Positions 58,862 to 61,448 of a stretch of 61,448 bases of DNA are shown here, one piece after another. The first letter of the stretch is position 1. The number at the start of each line of letters is the position of its first letter. The position numbers and the translations under genes are program-made. The DNA is from Candidatus Moraniibacteriota bacterium (GTDB taxonomy: Bacteria; Patescibacteriota; Minisyncoccia; Moranbacterales; GCA-2747515). Below the pieces are notes generated by a model. That model made no database searches, was not told the origin of the DNA, and worked only from the letters and a program-made list of their open reading frames with translations. Location: NCBI GenBank assembly GCA_947311515.1, contig CAMZLB010000025.1, forward strand, positions 1-61,448. The letters run 5' to 3'.

Positions 58862-59605
58862 TTATTTCCTTATCAATTCTATATTTCTTATAACTACATC
58901 TTTCATAGGCTTATCAGCAAATCCTATCTCTACATTTTCAATATCACTAACTATATTCATTCCGTTTGTTACTTGTCCAAAAAGTGAATAAGATGGTGGT
59001 AAACTAATACCATTATCGCCTGATACTATAAAAAATTGACTACCATTTGTATCAGGCCCTGCATTTGCCATAGCTATTGAACCAAGTTTATACTCTCCTG
59101 CATTTGGAAGTTCGTCTTCAAATTTATATCCAGGTCCTCCAGTTCCAGTTCCAGTTGGATCACCTCCTTGAATCATGAACCCCTTTATAACTCTATGAAA
59201 AATAACATTATCATAAAATCCTTTGTCTGCAAGTGTACAAAAATTTGAAACAGTTATTGGTGCCTTTTCTGGAAATAGCTCTAATTCTATAGTTCCTAGA
59301 TTTGTTACAATGTTAGCTCCTTTACAATTTTCTGCAAATTTCATATCTATTTGCTCTGGTACATTACTCATATTTTTTTTATTAATTAATTTATTATCTA
59401 TCTTATTTATTGCATCTTGAATTTCTTCATTTCGTGTATCTACTAATTTTTCAACATTCTTTGCTTTTTTGTGAGCATTTCCCAAAACTTCTATATATCC
59501 ACTTGACTTTTCTTCTTTTTTTTCAGTAACTTCTGTTTCTGTGTCGCTACATCCACTAAAGATTACTACTCCTACTAATACAGCAATAGCATAAAACCTA
59601 TTCAT
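58862..59605 (-). CDS. Cyclophilin-type peptidyl-prolyl isomerase, lipoprotein
   Basis: Lipobox FSGC; FHRVIKGFMIQGGDP and MANAGPDTNGSQFF motifs. Confidence 0.93.
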   Translation of the reverse strand: MNRFYAIAVLVGVVIFSGCSDTETEVTEKKEEKSSGYIEVLGNAHKKAKNVEKLVDTRNEEIQDAINKIDNKLINKKNMSNVPEQIDMKFAENCKGANIVTNLGTIELELFPEKAPITVSNFCTLADKGFYDNVIFHRVIKGFMIQGGDPTGTGTGGPGYKFEDELPNAGEYKLGSIAMANAGPDTNGSQFFIVSGDNGISLPPSYSLFGQVTNGMNIVSDIENVEIGFADKPMKDVVIRNIELIRK

Positions 59606-59713
59606 AATTTATTTTATTTATTTTTTAAACAATATTCAACTTAAAGAATGTCTATAAAGCTTCTAAAAAATTATTAAAATTGAATATGTATATATAATAC
59701 AAAAAAATATACT

Positions 59714-60133
59714 TTATTGCAACATTACAAAACGTCCACGCTCATGCCAACTAAATGAAATATTTTTTGAATACTCTGGAATGCTACTTTGAATTTGTTC
59801 AGGCCATTCTATTAAAATCAAGCTATTTGAATCATTTATCATATCCGAAAAACCAATACTATCTGTATCTTGACTAGAAATTCTATAAGCATCTATGTGA
59901 TATATAGTTTTAATATTTTTATTATTTAAATCATATTGATTTACAATAGTAAATGTTGGACTAGTAAAAGGACCTATGGCACCAAGACTTTTAAGAATTC
60001 CTTGTACAAAAGTAGTTTTTCCAGTACCTAGATCACCTGTAAATGTGTAAATCTCTCCGCCAGTAATATTACTTGCAACCTTACCTGCCAAATCATACAT
60101 TTCCTCAATATTTTTCAAAAAGTAATTTTTCAT
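59714..60133 (-). CDS. tsaE: t6A biosynthesis ATPase TsaE
   Basis: GDLGTGKTT, SPTFT, HIDAYR and IEWPE motifs. Confidence 0.95.
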   Translation of the reverse strand: MKNYFLKNIEEMYDLAGKVASNITGGEIYTFTGDLGTGKTTFVQGILKSLGAIGPFTSPTFTIVNQYDLNNKNIKTIYHIDAYRISSQDTDSIGFSDMINDSNSLILIEWPEQIQSSIPEYSKNISFSWHERGRFVMLQ

Positions 60134-60170
60134 ATGTATATATTATGATAAAATAGTTCAAAAATCAAAT

Positions 60171-61448
60171 TTACTTCAAAAAGTTCACTGTATAATTAGG
60201 CAAGTAATCTTTTTCATAATTTATTTTTATATCAATTATATGATATTTTTTTTGACTCTCCTCACGTTGAAAAAAATTTAATGTATAAAATTTACCAAGT
60301 AATGAATTCATATAATTAAAAACCTTATTAAAGAAACTTCTATCCTCATTAAGATAAACATTATCCGAAGTTTCTTTGTTTTTCATCAATAACTTTATAC
60401 GATCTTTTTCATTATCATTAGCTAACGCGGATAAGACTATATCTTTACTAATAAATTCAGAAAGCTCCCTTTGTTTTTCTGAGTTAGTGATTATCTGTGG
60501 AATTTCCCAAATCCAACCTCTTTCTGTTTTTTTATATACACCTCCAGATGGAATTGATAAATTTTCATTATAATTATATTCTTTTTTATAAACAGCCTCT
60601 CCGTCTGGTGCTCTAAGCTCTACTACACCACCTTTATTTGGCAAAGATATTGCACTATATTTAGTATAAATTTTCTTTATTTTTCCAGATTTCAACTTAA
60701 AATCTTTTCTAATTGGATGATTAACTAAATGTTTTTTATCTTTTCCTGTAGCTATACTCCAATCATCAAATTTTATAGTTTTTTTTGATTTATTTTTAAT
60801 TATTATATATTCATTTCCAGAGTCTCTTCCTTTTGGATTTGCTGAGATCTCTATTATATTTACATTATAATTTGGATAATTTTCTACATTCACCCTAAAT
60901 GTTTTTATAATTTCTTCTACATCATTACTTATTTTTATGGAACATTTATATAAACCATTTCTTTTATACTTATGAATTGTTTTTCTTTTGTAGCTCTTTT
61001 TTCCATCTCCGAAGTCCCATCTATATTTCAAGTCATCCTCACTAAAATTACTTTTTACTGAAAATTTTGATTTTACATTTTTATAAATTTCTTTATCAAA
61101 TTTTAATTTTGAAATCATCAATTTTTTCTCAAATATATTTTTTTTATTTGGAGTTAAAATTTTACTAAATCTCCATTCAAAACCATTCCATCCATAAGAA
61201 ATATTCTTTTTTGCCAATTTATAGCTCACACTAGACTTTTCTATTCCATTAGGGTCTGTCAAAACAACTACTTCTCCACCTGAATTATTAAGTGCAAATT
61301 TAAATTCATCTTTTTCAATAAGATAGTAACTTTTAGCTTTAATTACAGAATTATCATCAAATACATATTTACCATTCTTTGACGAGTCTCTAAGAATCCA
61401 ATCTTTTAAATCTACCTCAAAATCATTTGGATTATAAAGTTCTATAAA
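60171..61448 (-). CDS. Lamin-tail-domain plus PKD surface protein (5' part outside the window)
   Basis: Frame is open to the window edge (FIELYNPN..VDLKDW), then Y.WDFGDG (PKD) and a second LTD (IIEI.ANP.G.D..EYI). Confidence 0.85.
   Translation of the reverse strand, partial: FIELYNPNDFEVDLKDWILRDSSKNGKYVFDDNSVIKAKSYYLIEKDEFKFALNNSGGEVVVLTDPNGIEKSSVSYKLAKKNISYGWNGFEWRFSKILTPNKKNIFEKKLMISKLKFDKEIYKNVKSKFSVKSNFSEDDLKYRWDFGDGKKSYKRKTIHKYKRNGLYKCSIKISNDVEEIIKTFRVNVENYPNYNVNIIEISANPKGRDSGNEYIIIKNKSKKTIKFDDWSIATGKDKKHLVNHPIRKDFKLKSGKIKKIYTKYSAISLPNKGGVVELRAPDGEAVYKKEYNYNENLSIPSGGVYKKTERGWIWEIPQIITNSEKQRELSEFISKDIVLSALANDNEKDRIKLLMKNKETSDNVYLNEDRSFFNKVFNYMNSLLGKFYTLNFFQREESQKKYHIIDIKINYEKDYLPNYTVNFLK

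Noticed and set aside
1..61448. Genome-wide alternative genetic code (TAG=Gln or TGA=Gly/Trp)
   Set aside because: Long conserved genes are uninterrupted in table 11, and nusG, rpoC and ispE end at TAG at their expected C-termini.

Overview
This is a very AT-rich bacterial chromosome segment read in the standard code (table 11). VirB2/TrbC-type pilins, a VanW protein, a tandem PilB, a truncated ValRS and a degenerate DHH protein suggest a Patescibacteria/CPR (Parcubacteria-like) genome; this is inference. Core loci are valS, secE-nusG-rplK-rplA, rpoB-rpoC, tRNA-Ser(GGA), tsaE, the MEP genes ispD/F/E/G and an argG-argH-gdh-proA-proB-proC block. Four things stand out. (1) A tightly coupled operon places a divergent RtcB-fold ligase with intact metal and guanylyl-His residues, plus a TMK-like kinase, between a GT4 glycosyltransferase and a Wzx flippase; this may be a non-RNA, glycan-phosphodiester use of the RtcB fold. 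(2) A triplicated SPFH + Ser-linker surface-domain cassette lies next to a five-gene pilin array; two copies are in-frame fusions broken only by TAG codons, and all three have a structurally conserved 5' leader. (3) An apparently leaderless Arg-codon leader peptide with full attenuator architecture precedes argG. (4) A dispersed ~150-bp TTAA-flanked MITE-like repeat occurs three times. All calls come from reading motifs by eye; no searches were run.
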